A stretch of DNA of 64,000 nucleotides from an uncultured Sulfurimonas sp. (GCA_964404655.1 CAYOKX010000002.1:1037-65036), one strand, 5' to 3'. Numbered from the stretch's first letter, positions 1 through 10,297 are shown. The notes: a model not told the origin generated them from the letters alone. Numbers and translations: made by a program.

Positions 1-1224
1 AATGTTTGTAATGCTTACCAAGATTCTGCATCTGCAAAACACTGGATTAAAGCAGCTCGTGAGATGGATAACTTCATCGTAACTTCTGATGGTTATCCTG
101 GTATATCAGCAATGGTATCTGACCTTGTTCTTCCATCTGCGATGATTTATGAAAAATGGGGAGCATACGGTAATGCTGAACGTCGTTCACAACACTGGAG
201 ACAACAAGTTCTTCCTGTAGGTGATGCGATGAGTGATACTTGGCAATGGGTTGAGTTATCTAAACGTTTTACTGTTGATGATCTATGGGGCCCATATACT
301 CTAAGAAATGGTACTAAACTAGCTGATGTTAGAAGTGCTGCTCATGAGATGGGTTATAAAGGTGATACAACAATGTTTGAAATTCTTTATGCAAATAAAG
401 AATCAGCAAAATACAAAATTGATATGAATGCCTTCCCTCAAAAAGGATATGACAACTCAGAATGTATTGGTGACAGTAGAAATGTTATCGGTTCACGAGG
501 TGAAGTATTTAAGGGTTATGGTTTTATGATTCACCAATACCTATGGGAAGAGTATGCATCATTTGGTAGAGGTCACGGACATGATTTAGCTGACTTTGTT
601 ACTTATCACAAGGTTCGTGGACTTAAATGGCCAGTTGTTGATGGTAAAGAGACACCTTGGCGTTTTAATGTTAAGTATGATCCATATGCAGCAGCAGCAG
701 TAGCAGAAAGTGGTAGTGGTTCGGACTTTGCATTTTATGGTAAGTTAGCAAAAGCACTTCCTCAAGGAAACCTACTAGGTATTACAGATAAAAAGAAAAA
801 ACCATTAACAGATAAAGCAAAAATATTTGCTCGTCCATATATGGATCCACCAGAAATGCCAGATAATGAATATGATACTTGGTTATGTACAGGTCGTGTA
901 CTTGAGCATTGGCACTCTGGAACTATGACTATGCGTGTACCTGAGCTTTATCGTGCAGTACCTGAAGCATTATGTTATATGAATCCTAAAACTGCGGAAG
1001 AAAAAGGTCTTAAACAAGGTGAACTTTGTTGGGTTGAATCTCGTCGTGGTAGAGTAAAAGCTCGTGTTGAAACTCGTGGTAGAAATAGACCTTCAAGAGG
1101 TTTAGTATTTGTTCCTTGGTTCGATGAGAAAGTATTTATAAATAAAGTTTGTCTTGATGCAACATGTCCACAATCAAAACAGACAGATTATAAAAAATGT
1201 GCAGTTAAAATAACTAAAGTATAA
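1..1224 (+). CDS. napA: Periplasmic nitrate reductase catalytic subunit NapA (C-terminal part; 5' end outside window)
   Basis: Frame is open from base 1. Motifs [32 protein letters not shown] and [19 protein letters not shown] are typical of NapA; followed by napGHB. Confidence 0.97.
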   Translation, partial: NVCNAYQDSASAKHWIKAAREMDNFIVTSDGYPGISAMVSDLVLPSAMIYEKWGAYGNAERRSQHWRQQVLPVGDAMSDTWQWVELSKRFTVDDLWGPYTLRNGTKLADVRSAAHEMGYKGDTTMFEILYANKESAKYKIDMNAFPQKGYDNSECIGDSRNVIGSRGEVFKGYGFMIHQYLWEEYASFGRGHGHDLADFVTYHKVRGLKWPVVDGKETPWRFNVKYDPYAAAAVAESGSGSDFAFYGKLAKALPQGNLLGITDKKKKPLTDKAKIFARPYMDPPEMPDNEYDTWLCTGRVLEHWHSGTMTMRVPELYRAVPEALCYMNPKTAEEKGLKQGELCWVESRRGRVKARVETRGRNRPSRGLVFVPWFDEKVFINKVCLDATCPQSKQTDYKKCAVKITKV

Positions 1225-1244
1225 ACAATAAGGAAAGATTCGTT

Positions 1245-2072
1245 TTGAGCGAAAACAGACCTGAAAGAAAAAAAAAGATTAAAAAACAACCAATTAGTGA
1301 TAGACGAAAATTTATTCTTAATATGGCTAGAGGTATAGGTATGGCAACTATCAGTGGCTTTATCTGGAGTGCTTATCTTGATGAAGCTACGGCTTCATCA
1401 TTGATATTGCGTCCACCTGGTGCTTTACAAGAGGATGATTTTTTAAAAACTTGTATCAAGTGTGGCTTATGTGTTGAAGCGTGCCCATTTGATACACTAT
1501 TACTAGCTAAACCAGGAGATAACAATAAACCGCTAGGAACACCTTATTTTGTTCCTCGTGATACACCTTGTTATATGTGTACAGATATTCCTTGTGTACC
1601 AGTATGTCCTACTGGTGCATTAGATGCTAAAAGTGTTACAACTGATGATAAATTAGATATAAATATATCTGATATGGGTGTAGCTGTTGTTGATGATGAG
1701 AGCTGTATCGCCTTTTGGGGTATACAGTGTGATGCTTGTTATAGAGCTTGTCCTCTTTTTGGAACAGCTATTACTATTGAGTATCAGAAAAATGATAGAA
1801 CTGGTAAGCATGCTTTTATGAAACCGATAGTACATGCTGAAGCTTGTACGGGGTGTGGAATGTGTGAACATGCTTGTGTAACTGAAAAACCAGCTATATT
1901 TATACTTCCTCGTGAAACAGCAACAGGTAAAGCTGGAAGTTATTATATTAAAGGTTGGGATAAATCTGATGAGAAGCGTTTAGAAGATGCTACGGAGATT
2001 AAAACAGTAACTGAGTTGAGTAAAGAGAGTGCAACAGATTCTTTAAATGGTTCATTGGAGGATTTATACTAA
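1245..2072 (+). CDS. napG: Ferredoxin-type quinol dehydrogenase subunit NapG
   Basis: Twin-arginine signal DRRKF, LRPPGA, four 4Fe-4S Cys clusters; TTG start. Confidence 0.96.
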   Translation: MSENRPERKKKIKKQPISDRRKFILNMARGIGMATISGFIWSAYLDEATASSLILRPPGALQEDDFLKTCIKCGLCVEACPFDTLLLAKPGDNNKPLGTPYFVPRDTPCYMCTDIPCVPVCPTGALDAKSVTTDDKLDINISDMGVAVVDDESCIAFWGIQCDACYRACPLFGTAITIEYQKNDRTGKHAFMKPIVHAEACTGCGMCEHACVTEKPAIFILPRETATGKAGSYYIKGWDKSDEKRLEDATEIKTVTELSKESATDSLNGSLEDLY

Positions 2073-2902
2073 TGAAAAAGCTATGGAATAATTATAGGTA
2101 TCTATTTTTAAGAAGATTTACTCAGATTAGTTTATTGGTTCTTTACTTTGGTGCAAATGCGTGGGGTTGGAGTCTACTAATGGGTAACCTTAGTTCATCA
2201 AAAGTTCTAGGTGTTATCCCTATGAGTGACCCTTATGCTGCTTTACAGATGTTAATGGCAGGAGCTGTTTTAGCTGGAGATTTACTTATCGGAGTGGCAG
2301 TTGTTACTATATTTTATCTACTAATTGGTGGTAGAGCTTTTTGTAGTTGGGTTTGCCCTATAAATATGATAACAGATTTAGCCAATTTTATGAGAAGAAA
2401 GCTAGAGATAGACCGTATTGTTAGTGTAAAACAACCAGCATCAAGAAATATAAGATATTGGATACTTGGACTAAGTTTAATAATCTCATTTATAATGGGA
2501 ATAACAGCTTTTGAGTTTATATCTCCAATATCTATGGTTCATCGAGGGATTGTTTTTGGTTTAGGTTTTGGTTGGGCAGCGATGCTTATAATTTTTCTTT
2601 TTGACCTATTTGTCCTAAAAAATGGATGGTGTGGTCATATATGCCCACTTGGTGGATTTTATTCACTATTGGGTAAATTTAGTTTAATCAAGGTACATCA
2701 TTCTGAAGAGAATTGTACTTTATGTATGAAGTGTAAAGATGTTTGTCCTGAGAAGCAAGTATTGCATATGATAGGTAAAGAGAGTTTACCTGTTTTATCT
2801 GGTGAATGTAGTAACTGTGCTAGATGTATAGAAGTATGTGATGATGATGCCTTAAGATTTTCTATCAGAGAATTAGCACTACAAAGAAAAATGGGAGAGT
2901 AA
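2072..2902 (+). CDS. napH: Quinol dehydrogenase membrane subunit NapH
   Basis: TM helices, GRAFCSWVCP and GWCGHICPLG motifs, two C-terminal 4Fe-4S motifs. Confidence 0.96.
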   Translation: MKKLWNNYRYLFLRRFTQISLLVLYFGANAWGWSLLMGNLSSSKVLGVIPMSDPYAALQMLMAGAVLAGDLLIGVAVVTIFYLLIGGRAFCSWVCPINMITDLANFMRRKLEIDRIVSVKQPASRNIRYWILGLSLIISFIMGITAFEFISPISMVHRGIVFGLGFGWAAMLIIFLFDLFVLKNGWCGHICPLGGFYSLLGKFSLIKVHHSEENCTLCMKCKDVCPEKQVLHMIGKESLPVLSGECSNCARCIEVCDDDALRFSIRELALQRKMGE

Positions 2903-2903
2903 A

Positions 2904-3569
2904 ATGAGATTAATAAATACAATTACAATTGGTTTAGCTACGGCAACACTTTTATTGGTTGGTTGTGGTGAAGCAAAACAAGAGGCTATGCCAGTGAAAG
3001 AGTCTGTTGTAAAAACAACAGCACCTATTAAGTTTGTTTCAGAGGAGTCTTTAGGTCTGAGAAAGACTAATCTCTATTCAGAGAAAACAGAGACACAGGG
3101 GCATAAAGCTGAATATTCAACATCTTATACAGGAAGTGGAGTGAAAATTAAACGAGCTTTTCAAGATGCTCCTCCTATGGTTCCACATGATGTTGAAGGT
3201 TTATTACCAATTACTATTAATAATAATCAATGTCTTGGTTGTCATATGCCAGAAGAGGCAGCAGCTATGGGTATGGGTGCAACTCCTATTCCAGTTTCAC
3301 ACTTTATTAACTTTAGACCATCATCTTCAGCTATTAAAGGTGAGAATACATCAAGTGAAACACTGAAAAATGTTTCTATTCAAAAAACAAAAAAACTTTA
3401 TGGTGGAAGATTTAACTGTTCACAATGTCATGCACCTCAATCTGGAGATGATTTAGCAGTTAAAAATACTTTTGAAGCAGATTATACAAGTGCAGATGGT
3501 GCAAGTAAATCTACTTGGAATGGTACAAAACTGATGGAAGGTATCAATACTTACGAGAGTAGTAAGTAG
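2904..3569 (+). CDS. napB: Diheme cytochrome c subunit NapB
   Basis: APPMVPH, CLGCH and RFNCSQCHAPQ heme motifs; signal peptide. Confidence 0.95.
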   Translation: MRLINTITIGLATATLLLVGCGEAKQEAMPVKESVVKTTAPIKFVSEESLGLRKTNLYSEKTETQGHKAEYSTSYTGSGVKIKRAFQDAPPMVPHDVEGLLPITINNNQCLGCHMPEEAAAMGMGATPIPVSHFINFRPSSSAIKGENTSSETLKNVSIQKTKKLYGGRFNCSQCHAPQSGDDLAVKNTFEADYTSADGASKSTWNGTKLMEGINTYESSK

Positions 3570-3571
3570 AG

Positions 3572-4063
3572 ATGCAAAGAAGAGAGCTTTTTAGCTTTCT
3601 TTCTTCCTCCCTTACAGGTGAGAAGAGAGAAACAGCACCTATTCGTCCTCCCTATTATATAGATATAAATGCATTTGATACAGAATGTCAAAATTGTGAT
3701 GGCAGATGTGCCACTTTGTGTCAAGAGCAAATTATAATAATACAAGAGGATAAAACTCCTAAATTAGATTTTTCTAAAAATGGTTGTAGTTATTGTGACG
3801 ATTGTGCTATCGCTTGTGAAGCAGATGTTTTACGAGTTGAAGATAGAAGAGTTATTAGTGCAGGAATTCGTATCAATGAGGTTAACTGTTTAAGTTGGCA
3901 AGGTGTTATGTGCTTCTCTTGTAAAGATCCATGTTTAGATGATGCGATAGATTTTAAGGCGATGTTTATGCCCACTATCAATCAAGAAAAGTGTACATCT
4001 TGTGGTTTTTGCATCAGTAGGTGTCCTTCTGGTGCTATTGATATTAAGGTTTTAAGCGAATGA
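3572..4063 (+). CDS. napF: Ferredoxin-type protein NapF
   Basis: N-terminal RRELF, IRPPY, multiple Fe-S Cys motifs; position in nap operon. Confidence 0.92.
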   Translation: MQRRELFSFLSSSLTGEKRETAPIRPPYYIDINAFDTECQNCDGRCATLCQEQIIIIQEDKTPKLDFSKNGCSYCDDCAIACEADVLRVEDRRVISAGIRINEVNCLSWQGVMCFSCKDPCLDDAIDFKAMFMPTINQEKCTSCGFCISRCPSGAIDIKVLSE

Positions 4064-5007
4064 AAAAGATATTTTTTTTAACATTTTTAACAACTTTGTT
4101 ACTTTTTTCTAAAGAGATATATAATCCAGATGCGACATATATAGCAACTGGAGGAGTTACAGATATTATCTATAAAGATAATAAACTTTATAGTGCCACA
4201 GATGCTAGTTGTGTTGATATTTTTGATACTCAAACACAAAAAATAATTCAAAAAATTGAAGTAGAAAAAATTATAGATTTTATGGGTGATACGATAGATT
4301 CAAAAGTCTATTCTGTTGATATATTTGATTCGAAAATTTTAATTCTCTCTTTAGGGAAAAAAGGTGCAAGACGGGTTCATATATTTGAAAATGGTAAATT
4401 AGATCTAGTACTTCCTGCATCAAAAGGTCTTTATATTGCAAAAGCTAAATTTATAGATGCAGATACAATTTTATTGGCACTTTTAAGTAATGAAATTATC
4501 TTGTATAATATAAAAACTCAAAAAGAGAATTATAATGTTCAAGTAGCTCAATCAAAATTTTCTAATTTTGTACTAAATGAAGATAGAACAAAAGTGATAA
4601 TTGCCGATGAGAGTGGAAATCTAAAAATTCATAATACACAAGATGGTTCATTTGATAAAGAGTTATCAGGAAAAAATCTTGATAATGTTTTCCAAGTTGA
4701 TACAAAAAAAGGTGTTATTGCTACTGCTGGACAAGATAGAAGAGTTGTTATATATAAAGGAAACAGAGCATATTATAAAACAGCTAATTTTTTGATTTAT
4801 AGTGTAGGGCTTTCTCCTAGTGGTAAGATAGTAGGGTATGCAAGTGATGAAAATAACAATGTTACTCTTTTTAAAACGGCAACAAAAACAACAATAGGTT
4901 TATATGGTGGAAATAGAATGACACTTACAAATATATTGTTTATTAATGAAAAAGAGTTTTTTACAGCAAGTGATGATAAAGTTATAAATTATTACAAAAT
5001 TAGATAA
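4060..5007 (+). CDS. napL: NapL, periplasmic WD40/beta-propeller nitrate reductase accessory protein
   Basis: Signal peptide, propeller-like repeats (ATAGQDRRV, TASDDKVI); position matches the Campylobacterota napAGHBFLD order. Confidence 0.85.
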   Translation: MKKIFFLTFLTTLLLFSKEIYNPDATYIATGGVTDIIYKDNKLYSATDASCVDIFDTQTQKIIQKIEVEKIIDFMGDTIDSKVYSVDIFDSKILILSLGKKGARRVHIFENGKLDLVLPASKGLYIAKAKFIDADTILLALLSNEIILYNIKTQKENYNVQVAQSKFSNFVLNEDRTKVIIADESGNLKIHNTQDGSFDKELSGKNLDNVFQVDTKKGVIATAGQDRRVVIYKGNRAYYKTANFLIYSVGLSPSGKIVGYASDENNNVTLFKTATKTTIGLYGGNRMTLTNILFINEKEFFTASDDKVINYYKIR

Positions 5008-5016
5008 GGGAGTCTT

Positions 5017-5460
5017 ATGCAATATAATGAGAGTGAATTTTTAGTTGAAACAGAAGTACCAGAGGAGGAGTTAATTATCTCCCGAACTGATTTAAAAGGT
5101 ATTATCACCTATGCTAATGAAACATTTTGTGATATTAGTGGTTATGAAGAGGAGGAGCTTATTGGGCAATCGCACAATATAGTTCGTCATCCAGATATGC
5201 CAAAAGATGCTTTTAAAGATTTGTGGAAAACTATTCAAGAGAAAAAACAGTGGATAGGGATAGTAAAAAATCTTCGTAAAGATAAAGGTTTTTATTGGGT
5301 AAAAGCGATAGTATCAGGTGTATATAAAAATGGGGAACTTGTAGAGTTTAAATCTTTAAGAACACCTATTAGTTATAATGCAAAATTAGAATATCAAAAA
5401 TTATATGATAGTATGCGTAAAGAGAATGGCGAAAAGATACGTAAAATAATTTACGAATAA
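5017..5460 (+). CDS. Standalone Aer/CetB-type PAS domain protein
   Basis: ISRTDLKGIITYAN...ELIGQSHNIVRHPDMP...LW...W.G.VKNLRKDKGFYWV matches the FAD-binding Aer PAS signature. Confidence 0.9.
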   Translation: MQYNESEFLVETEVPEEELIISRTDLKGIITYANETFCDISGYEEEELIGQSHNIVRHPDMPKDAFKDLWKTIQEKKQWIGIVKNLRKDKGFYWVKAIVSGVYKNGELVEFKSLRTPISYNAKLEYQKLYDSMRKENGEKIRKIIYE

Positions 5461-5476
5461 AATTAAGGAATAAGAG

Positions 5477-5884
5477 ATGAATATATCAAGTATAGTAGTA
5501 CAAACATTACCAAAATATTTAGATGAAGTAGTTGAGAGTTTAAAAAATACTCCCGAGTGTGATTATCATATGCACGATGAAAAAGGTCGTATTATTATTA
5601 CAATAGAGGGTGATGGTGTTGCTGAAGAGTTAAAAAAACTTGCAGTAATAGAAGCTATTCCTCATGTTGCTGCTGCTGATATGCAGATGGCATATAGTGA
5701 AGATGAGCTTGATGCACATATGGAAGTTATCAATAACTCAGAAGCTGTCCCTAAAATGTTAAATGATAATGATATTAATGTAAAAGATATTGTTTATAAT
5801 GGAGATTTAAAGAAAAAAGATTTAGAGGGTTTTGCAAGAACTTTTGATGATACTGGTTTTGATCCAAATGCAGGGATAAGCTAG
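5477..5884 (+). CDS. napD: NapA chaperone NapD
   Basis: MNISSIVV...GRIIITIEG NapD pattern; near end of nap cluster. Confidence 0.9.
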   Translation: MNISSIVVQTLPKYLDEVVESLKNTPECDYHMHDEKGRIIITIEGDGVAEELKKLAVIEAIPHVAAADMQMAYSEDELDAHMEVINNSEAVPKMLNDNDINVKDIVYNGDLKKKDLEGFARTFDDTGFDPNAGIS

Positions 5885-6163
5885 ATGGCTGTTATCTTTG
5901 AATCTGTTATAAAAATAGATGATGAAGGTAAATGGTTTGTAGAACTTACAGATACTGTTGATGGTCGAGTAGCTATCTGTGAAGATTTAGATGAGTATTC
6001 TCAAAAAGTTGAAGATTTTGGTGGTGACTATGGTGGTCGTATAGATGAGGTAAAATGGTCAAAAGATGATAATGTTCCACCCCATACAATGGATGAGATA
6101 CGATTAGAGATGTCTAAACATCAAGAGGAACTTGAAAAAGCTAAAGCTGAACAAGGGGAATAG
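5885..6163 (+). CDS. Small acidic hypothetical protein
   Basis: 92-aa ORF starting immediately after the napD stop (TAG-ATG); normal codon usage. Confidence 0.75.
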   Translation: MAVIFESVIKIDDEGKWFVELTDTVDGRVAICEDLDEYSQKVEDFGGDYGGRIDEVKWSKDDNVPPHTMDEIRLEMSKHQEELEKAKAEQGE

Positions 6164-6240
6164 TGCAGGAGTTAAAATCTATCAATTTACTTTAATGGCT
6201 AGTTTTGTATAATACAACCAATTATAATATAGGTATAAGA

Positions 6241-6711
6241 ATGAATAAAAAAGATTTGTATCGTCCGAATGTAGCGATGATAATTGTATCCGAAAATTAT
6301 CCTGAAAAAAAAGAGATATTTATAGCAAAAAGAAATGACCTTCTTGACATTTGGCAGTTCCCTCAAGGTGGAATAGACCAAGGTGAAGAGGTTAAAGAGG
6401 CACTTTTTCGTGAGCTTGAAGAGGAGATAGGTACAGATAAAGCAACAATAGTTGCAGAGTACCCAGAGTGGATTTCTTATGATTTCCCTGAAAAAATTGC
6501 TAAAAAAATGAAACCTTATATTGGTCAAAGACAGAGATATTTTGTATTGAAACTAGAAAAAGATGCTGTGATAAACTTAGAAACAGAGCATCCTGAATTT
6601 ATAGACTATAAATTTGTAAGTTCTGATGATGTTTTAGGCTTTACGGCACATTTTAAAAAAGCTGTTTATGAAGTAGTGATAAACCATTTTAAAAAAGAGG
6701 GTATTTTATAG
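6241..6711 (+). CDS. rppH: RNA pyrophosphohydrolase RppH (Nudix)
   Basis: YRPNV, WQFPQGGID...ALFRELEEEIG Nudix box. ATG 6241 chosen because TATAAT lies at 6208-6213. Confidence 0.93.
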   Translation: MNKKDLYRPNVAMIIVSENYPEKKEIFIAKRNDLLDIWQFPQGGIDQGEEVKEALFRELEEEIGTDKATIVAEYPEWISYDFPEKIAKKMKPYIGQRQRYFVLKLEKDAVINLETEHPEFIDYKFVSSDDVLGFTAHFKKAVYEVVINHFKKEGIL

Positions 6712-7923
6712 ATGTTAATAGTTCAAAAATTTGGTGGAACAAGTGTTGGTGATTTAGAGCGTATAGGAAATGTAGCTAATAGAGTAAGTAGCTCTAAAAA
6801 AGAGGGAAATGATATTGTAGTTGTTGTTTCTGCTATGAGTGGAGAAACAAATAAACTTGTAGGGTATGCTGAACATTTTTCTAAAAATCCTAATGGTGCT
6901 GAGATGGATATGCTTTTAAGTGCAGGGGAAAGAGTTACTGCATCACTTCTTGCTATCGCCCTTACTGAACTTGGACATACTGCCGTTGCTATGACAGGTC
7001 AAAAAGCTGGAATAGTTACTGATAATCATCATACAAAAGCACGTATCGAAGAGATAAATCCTAAAAATATGCACAATGCACTTGGTGAAGGAAAAATAGT
7101 TGTAGTAGCTGGTTTTCAAGGTGTAAATAGTGAAGGAGATGTTACAACTCTTGGTCGTGGTGGTAGTGACTTGAGTGCAGTGGCTATTGCAGGTGCATTA
7201 AAGGCTGATTTATGTGAGATATATACTGATGTAAGTGGTATATACACAACTGACCCCCGTATAGAACCTAAAGCAAAAAAACTTGATAAAATCTCTTATG
7301 ATGAGATGTTAGAGTTAGCTTCACTAGGTGCAAAAGTTTTACAAAATCGTTCAGTAGAGATGGCAAAAAAACTTAATGTAAATCTAGTGACAAGAACAAG
7401 TTTCTCAAATGAAGAGGGAACATTAATAACGAAGGAAGAAAATATTATGGAAGCACCATTAGTAAGTGGAATAGCATTAGATAGAAATCAAGCACGTATC
7501 TCTTTAATGGGTGTAAAAGATAGACCTGGAATAGCATCAGATATATTTAATAAACTAGCAGAATCTGAAGTGAATGTTGATATGATTATTCAAAATAAAG
7601 CACACGATGGTGCTACAAATATCGACTTTACTGTTCCTGTAAGTGATTTAAATGATGCTAAAAGTATAGTAGATACATTTGTGAAAAATGGAGAGATAAG
7701 TGCAGACTCTTATAATGAATCTATATGTAAAGTTTCTGTTGTTGGTGTAGGTATGCGTTCACACTCTGGTGTAGCAGCAAAAGCCTTTTCAACTATGGCA
7801 GATAACAACATAAATATAAATATGATTTCAACAAGTGAGATAAAAATATCTATGGTTATTGATGAAAAATATGCTGAATTAGCTGTTCGTGGTCTACACG
7901 ATGCTTATGAGCTAGAGAAATAG
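6712..7923 (+). CDS. lysC: Aspartate kinase
   Basis: VQKFGGTS, TTLGRGGSD, two ACT domains. Confidence 0.97.
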   Translation: MLIVQKFGGTSVGDLERIGNVANRVSSSKKEGNDIVVVVSAMSGETNKLVGYAEHFSKNPNGAEMDMLLSAGERVTASLLAIALTELGHTAVAMTGQKAGIVTDNHHTKARIEEINPKNMHNALGEGKIVVVAGFQGVNSEGDVTTLGRGGSDLSAVAIAGALKADLCEIYTDVSGIYTTDPRIEPKAKKLDKISYDEMLELASLGAKVLQNRSVEMAKKLNVNLVTRTSFSNEEGTLITKEENIMEAPLVSGIALDRNQARISLMGVKDRPGIASDIFNKLAESEVNVDMIIQNKAHDGATNIDFTVPVSDLNDAKSIVDTFVKNGEISADSYNESICKVSVVGVGMRSHSGVAAKAFSTMADNNININMISTSEIKISMVIDEKYAELAVRGLHDAYELEK

Positions 7924-7930
7924 AGATTTA

Positions 7931-8494
7931 ATGTCATCATCTATCCCAGACTTTACACAATGGAGTTTAGAAGCTATTAGAAAAGAGGATAGTAGTTTTA
8001 GCTGGTTAGAGGAGCAACGTTTCGACTGGACCTCTACTACTGCACATGCTATTGAACAGATTTTAAATGGTAAAACTATTATTTTAATAGTAGATGAAAA
8101 TATGCAATGGTTAGAACACTATATTTTGAGTTCTATAAATAATATTGCTCTTATAGATAGACCTCTTCTTCCAATAGTAAGTATAGATAGTATCTATACT
8201 CATTACAATAGTGTAAGTGGTGGGGAGATGATAGATATAGTTGATGATATGATTTCACTCTCTTATAAAGATGATTATTTCTTTTGGTATATAGGAAAGG
8301 GTGATGATAAACGCTCCGATATTGCTAAAAGACGTGATAGTAGCTATTTTTGGATTTTTGATGAGGAGTTTCAAAATGCTTTTACTCTTAAATCGTATGA
8401 TAATCTTTTAGATATAAAGCTTTTACAACTTTATCGACTTTTTAATTTTTCACTTAATGCTGCTATGTTTGGAGAGGTTGATGTTTCAGAGTGA
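7931..8494 (+). CDS. hobA: HobA family DnaA-binding replication regulator
   Basis: SWLEEQRFDW, FWYIGK and DIKLLQLY patterns; lysC-hobA-holB-folP synteny of Campylobacterota. Confidence 0.85.
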   Translation: MSSSIPDFTQWSLEAIRKEDSSFSWLEEQRFDWTSTTAHAIEQILNGKTIILIVDENMQWLEHYILSSINNIALIDRPLLPIVSIDSIYTHYNSVSGGEMIDIVDDMISLSYKDDYFFWYIGKGDDKRSDIAKRRDSSYFWIFDEEFQNAFTLKSYDNLLDIKLLQLYRLFNFSLNAAMFGEVDVSE

Positions 8495-9098
8495 TTCTAA
8501 AGGGTCACATATTGTTCTTGCAACAGATATCGAGTTAGCATTCCAAGGTTTAAAAGAAAAATTATCTCCAGCAAGAGTTATCGGTTTTATAGAGGAAGAT
8601 TTTAAGATAGAAAATGCAAAAGCTGTTTTATCTGAAGCTTATATAAGTGGTTCCTCTACAAAGTATCTTATTTTAGGTGCAAAAAGTTTTAACAATGTTT
8701 CTCAAAATTCTCTTTTAAAGGTTTTAGAAGAGCCTCCAAAAAATGTAGAATTTATTATTATCTCTCCCTCAAAATCGGCATTACTTCCTACAATACGCTC
8801 ACGACTTCCTATTGTTAAAGGGGAGATTGAACATCTTAAAGTAGATATTGAGCTTAATTTAGCAAAAGTTGACTATGCCGAAGTTTTTAAATTTTTAAAA
8901 GAGAATTCGAGAATAAAAAAAAGTGAAGCACAACTTTTAGTTGAAGCATTGTATCGACGAGCAACTATTACAGATAAACTTATTTTATCTCTTAATCAGT
9001 TAGAAAATTTTGAAAAAGCATATAAACTTTTAGAGTTAAATTCACGGCCACAAAGTGTATTAGCTATGCTAGTTATGAGTTTTGTACAGGAGCGATAA
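8481..9098 (+). CDS. holB: DNA polymerase III delta' subunit (short Campylobacterota form)
   Basis: QNSLLKVLEEPP, LLPTIRSRL; ATG 8481 follows GGAGAGG SD. Confidence 0.88.
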   Translation: MFQSDSKGSHIVLATDIELAFQGLKEKLSPARVIGFIEEDFKIENAKAVLSEAYISGSSTKYLILGAKSFNNVSQNSLLKVLEEPPKNVEFIIISPSKSALLPTIRSRLPIVKGEIEHLKVDIELNLAKVDYAEVFKFLKENSRIKKSEAQLLVEALYRRATITDKLILSLNQLENFEKAYKLLELNSRPQSVLAMLVMSFVQER

Positions 9099-10234
9099 TG
9101 AAAGTTAAACAGTTGTCAGGTGTAAGTAAACCTCAAGAGTTACTAAAAAAATTAGGTGTTGATGGAGGAGGAATTCAGATATTATCCTCTAAAATGAAAC
9201 ATCATATTATCTATATATCAGACTTACATGTTGGTGGAGCAAATATTTTAAAACAGGATGCACTTTCTATTGGGGCTGATTTAGCAGTACCTCGTGGGAC
9301 TGTTCTTGCAACTACTAAAACTGTTGATTGTATCTTGATAGCAACTGAAAAAGAGTTGAAAATTTTAAGTAAAAAAGAGTTGCTACAACCTTTTGGACTC
9401 AAAGAATTAGCGTATAGATTCAAAGATATTCTTGCTATTAAAAGAGAAAAAACTACTGAAATTATGGGGATTATCAATGCAAATGATGATAGTTTTTTTA
9501 ATGGAAGTCGATTTCAAGGTATTAGTGCTATAAACAAGATAGAGAGTATGTTAGATGAGGGAGCAGATATTATAGATATAGGTGCAGTTTCTTCACGTCC
9601 TAATGCTCCAAAAGTTAGTGCTATGGATGAACTTTCTCGTGTTCAACCTATCCTTGATGAGATAAAAAAAAATAGTTTATATAAAGAGAAAAAATTTAGT
9701 ATAGATAGTTATGAGCCTCAAGTTATAGAGTATGCACTTGATTCTGGATTTACTATTGTCAATGATATAACGGGTTTTCAAAATGATACAATCTCTAAAT
9801 TAACAGCAAAATATGATGCAACAGCTATTATTATGCATATGCAAGGGACACCTCAAACGATGCAAAATAGTCCAAACTATCAAGATATAGTTACTGATAT
9901 TTATAGTTTTTTAGAAAACTCTATATCAAGAGTAGAATCTTTTGGGGTGAAAGATATAGTTGTTGATGTTGGTATCGGTTTTGGAAAAACATTAGAACAT
10001 AATATCGATTTAATTAAGAATTTAGAAAATTTTTTAAGATTAGAGAAAAGAGTTTTAGTGGGTGCATCAAGAAAGTCTATGATAGATACTATAACACCGA
10101 CACAAACAGAAGATAGATTAGCTGGTACATTAGCAATTCATCTTGAAGCTGTTAGAAATGGAGCTTCTATACTAAGAGTGCATGATGTTAAAGAACATTT
10201 TCAAGCTTTACGGGTTTATGAGGCTTTAAAATAG
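9098..10234 (+). CDS. folP: Dihydropteroate synthase with N-terminal extension
   Basis: IMGIINANDDSF, DVGIGFGK, GASRKS, LRVHDV. Confidence 0.95.
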   Translation: MKVKQLSGVSKPQELLKKLGVDGGGIQILSSKMKHHIIYISDLHVGGANILKQDALSIGADLAVPRGTVLATTKTVDCILIATEKELKILSKKELLQPFGLKELAYRFKDILAIKREKTTEIMGIINANDDSFFNGSRFQGISAINKIESMLDEGADIIDIGAVSSRPNAPKVSAMDELSRVQPILDEIKKNSLYKEKKFSIDSYEPQVIEYALDSGFTIVNDITGFQNDTISKLTAKYDATAIIMHMQGTPQTMQNSPNYQDIVTDIYSFLENSISRVESFGVKDIVVDVGIGFGKTLEHNIDLIKNLENFLRLEKRVLVGASRKSMIDTITPTQTEDRLAGTLAIHLEAVRNGASILRVHDVKEHFQALRVYEALK

Positions 10235-10291
10235 AAACTCTTTAAAGTTTTTTTATCGTTAAATTTAACACCCCCCTTATAACTATTTTTG

Positions 10292-10297
10292 TATAAT
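10292..10297 (+). promoter_or_regulatory. Sigma70-type -10 box for prs
   Basis: TATAAT about 30 nt upstream of the TAAGGA SD and TTG start. Confidence 0.6.

Noticed and set aside
6205-6240. N-terminal extension of rppH in the ORF track
   Set aside because: The upstream TTG overlaps the TATAAT -10 box; ATG 6241 gives the normal RppH length.
10258-10276. GTTAAATTTAAC palindrome and C6 run in the prs promoter
   Set aside because: C6 is too short for Campylobacter-type phase variation, and an AT-rich palindrome of this size can occur by chance.
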